From contig JAINCQ010000038.1 of NCBI GenBank assembly GCA_036574205.1, positions 1-51,179 on the forward strand: a DNA stretch of 51,179 bases, written 5' to 3'. Of the stretch, positions 49,073 to 51,179 are shown piece after piece (within the stretch, counting starts at the first letter, position 1; each line of letters begins with the position of its first letter). The DNA comes from Elusimicrobiota bacterium (GTDB lineage Bacteria > Elusimicrobiota > Elusimicrobia > Elusimicrobiales > UBA9959). A model generated the notes under the pieces. The model searched no databases. It saw nothing but the letters and a program-made list of their open reading frames with translations, and was not told the origin of the DNA. The translations under genes and the position numbers were made by a program.

Positions 49073-50914
49073 TTAAAGACCTATTGTATAATCAAGATTT
49101 ATAACGGAGATTATATAATCATAAACTGCAGTCAAATACCCCAATCTTGCTGCATTATAAGCAACTGTAGCATCATTTATTTCAAGCTGACTTGCAAGTC
49201 CGTTTTTAAATCTTTCTTCTGTGGCTTTTAAAACCTTTTCGGCATTTTCAACAGAAACCTTTTGACTCTCAATTCTCTTTTCCGCCTCTTCAATAGCAAA
49301 AAGTGATTCCATAATCTCTATTTTAATTTTTCTTTTTATATCTTCTATATTCCTTTCGGCTAACTCAAGATTGTATTCTGCCTGTTTAATTTTTGAAACC
49401 GTTGAAAAACCGTTAAATATAGGCATATTAAAAGAAAGGCCAATAGCAGAACTCCAACCTCTTGTGTTTTCATCCGGAAATTTAGATGTTTCGCTTTGAC
49501 CTGAAAACTGTTTTGAAGCAAATAAACTTATTGTAGGCCAGTGTCCCGCTTTTTCTATTTTTAACTGTTTTTCCGCCATATCTTTGTTTAAAAGGGATAA
49601 TTTATAATCAGGTCTGTTTAAAAGAGCAGTTTTATAAAGTTCTTCAAAAGAATATTTTTTATAATTATAATCAAGTTTTCCAACAATATTTATCTCCTCG
49701 TCTAACTCAAATCCAAGCAGGTTTTTTAAATTCAACACCCCTGTTTTATATAGATTTTCCGCTTTTATAAGAGCAGGTTCATTATTTGAAACCTCAACCT
49801 TCTGTCTTAAAACATTTAGATCGCTTTGAAGACCCTGTTTGTATTTTTCCTCAACCGTCAAAAGATGTTCTTTTGAAATATTTAAAATATCGGTTTGAAG
49901 TTTTAAAAGCTCCTTTGCATACAAAATTGAATAAAAAATTTGCTTCACAGATTTTTTGATAATGTTTTTAATCTGCTTTGTATTTTCAACTGAAATATTA
50001 CTATATATACGAGCCATCTTTATTGCAGTATCAACCTTCCCACCAGCCCATACAACCTGATTTAAATTTAAACCCATTGTATAAACATTCTCCATCCCAA
50101 CTTCCGTTTTTCTTCCCCCAAAAAACGCAAGCGGTTTTTCAATATTTTTTGTATAATTTGCTGAAACTGAAATCTGAGGCCAGGCCGAACCATAATATTC
50201 ATTTATCTTCTCTTTATAAATCCGCTCAGATGTATAAGCATTTAAAACTGAAATATTTTTCTTAAAAGCAATCTCAACTGCTTCATCTACATTTAAATCC
50301 ATAGCCCAAAAATTGAAAGAGAAAAACATTATAATAAAAAAAACACCAAGCCCTTTAATAAAAACATCAATCAACCTGTAAATGCTTTTCATATCCACTT
50401 TTCCACTCATTTTGATTTCAAATATTAAATAAGATATTAAAGACGATATAAATATTGAAATAACTTCTGCAGTATCACTGCCAATCTTTTTACCTTTTAG
50501 ATAAAGATTTTCTACAGCTGCTTTAATTTTAGTCTTATTCTTCTCCCTCACATCCTCAGCCATTTTTCTTAAATAATCCCTTTTCCCAAAATCTATCATT
50601 TTAAAAAAACAATTAACATGAAGTGCATTTTTTGAAAAAAACATATAATGTTTATCAATAATTGCTCTTATAAATTCACTTAACTCACCAAAGGTCTTCA
50701 AATCATTAAATATAGATTCAATCTCTTTTTTCTTTAAATTAAACGCATATTTTACCATCTCATCTTTATCTTTAAAATAATAATATATCACTGGTTTAGT
50801 GACCCCAAGCTTTTTTGCTATATCATCCATTGAAACAGCATCCATACCAGATTGTGAAAACAACTCAACCGCCGTTTCAACTATCTTTTCTCTGGTTATT
50901 TTTTTTGTTTTCAT
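49073..50914 (-). CDS. In-frame fusion of a TetR/AcrR regulator and a TolC-family outer-membrane factor, joined by an internal signal-peptide-like segment
   Basis: aa 1-50 TetR HTH (IAKKLGVTKPVIYYYFKDK); aa ~186-204 KGLGVFFIIMFFSFNFWA; aa 205-613 two OEP repeats (WPQIS, WPTIS, PIFNGF, RFKNGLAS). Confidence 0.88.
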   Translation of the reverse strand: MKTKKITREKIVETAVELFSQSGMDAVSMDDIAKKLGVTKPVIYYYFKDKDEMVKYAFNLKKKEIESIFNDLKTFGELSEFIRAIIDKHYMFFSKNALHVNCFFKMIDFGKRDYLRKMAEDVREKNKTKIKAAVENLYLKGKKIGSDTAEVISIFISSLISYLIFEIKMSGKVDMKSIYRLIDVFIKGLGVFFIIMFFSFNFWAMDLNVDEAVEIAFKKNISVLNAYTSERIYKEKINEYYGSAWPQISVSANYTKNIEKPLAFFGGRKTEVGMENVYTMGLNLNQVVWAGGKVDTAIKMARIYSNISVENTKQIKNIIKKSVKQIFYSILYAKELLKLQTDILNISKEHLLTVEEKYKQGLQSDLNVLRQKVEVSNNEPALIKAENLYKTGVLNLKNLLGFELDEEINIVGKLDYNYKKYSFEELYKTALLNRPDYKLSLLNKDMAEKQLKIEKAGHWPTISLFASKQFSGQSETSKFPDENTRGWSSAIGLSFNMPIFNGFSTVSKIKQAEYNLELAERNIEDIKRKIKIEIMESLFAIEEAEKRIESQKVSVENAEKVLKATEERFKNGLASQLEINDATVAYNAARLGYLTAVYDYIISVINLDYTIGL

Positions 50915-50940
50915 AACTTACCTACCGGTAAGTAAATTAT
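50913..50940. promoter_or_regulatory. Probable TetR operator (28-bp palindrome, 2 mismatched pairs)
   Basis: ATAACTTACCTACCGGTAAGTAAATTAT spans the -10 box to the start codon. Confidence 0.75.
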
Positions 50941-50965
50941 ACCAAACAATAATAACAAAAGTCAA
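50936..50965 (-). promoter_or_regulatory. sigma70 promoter of the efflux operon
   Basis: TTGACT (50965-50960), 18 bp, TATAAT (50941-50936) with extended -10 TG. Confidence 0.65.
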
Positions 50966-50989
50966 ATATTTGTAAGATATCTATACATA

Positions 50990-51045
50990 CCTGTCTGCGT
51001 GTCTACCTGAGCGAAGACACTCGCAGTCAGGCAGACACGCACAGG
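50990..51045. repeat. GC-rich extragenic palindrome (REP-like hairpin)
   Basis: cctgt.gcgtgtct.cctga-gcga..tcgc-tcagg.agacacgc.acagg inside AT-rich intergenic DNA. Confidence 0.6.
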
Positions 51046-51179
51046 CAGTTTAGACTTTTTATGATTTTTAATCGTTCATCTAAAAATCAATTTATCGGCT
51101 TTTTTACAATTCAATTATTTATGGCGTTTTTCATACCGTAACTATACATAACCAATTACAATCGTAGAAAATTTTAAAA

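Noticed and set aside
1782..50265. Numerous 60-135 aa ORFs antisense to or overlapping the long genes
   Set aside because: Shadow ORFs with no recognisable motifs, overlapping well-supported genes.

Overview
AT-rich bacterial chromosomal window with almost all genes on the minus strand. Lgt, lipoproteins, TolC and a beta-barrel protein indicate a diderm cell. The gene style suggests Elusimicrobiota, but this is an impression, not a demonstrated assignment. Much of the window is housekeeping: tRNA-Glu, two tRNA-Pro, hypCDEF with an embedded LysR gene, dacB-xerC-topA-dprA-comM/yifB, CsgG-family and DUF799 lipoproteins, GH57, RluA, lgt, ftsB, eno, a phosphohexomutase and an RND efflux operon. 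The stand-out is a 7-gene cluster (36166-45000, minus strand) that looks like a stand-alone rotary motor with no flagellar export, rod, hook or filament genes in the window. In order it encodes a PorV/FadL-like barrel with TPRs, a single-chain rotor candidate (signal peptide, FliF-like periplasmic domain, TM helix, FliG middle/C domains, TPR), a 923-aa coiled coil, FlbD, MotA, MotB and a lipoprotein. The cluster is headed by a GEMM-I cyclic-dinucleotide riboswitch with A at the position equivalent to Vc2 G20, the signature of 3',3'-cGAMP-sensing variants. Other oddities: an in-frame TetR-TolC fusion with its operator, a luciferase-less LuxE plus LuxC-ANL ligase fusion, a tRNA-3'-end repeat with structured variable spacers, and a GH57 protein lacking the acid/base Asp. 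All calls come from reading motifs by eye; no searches were run.
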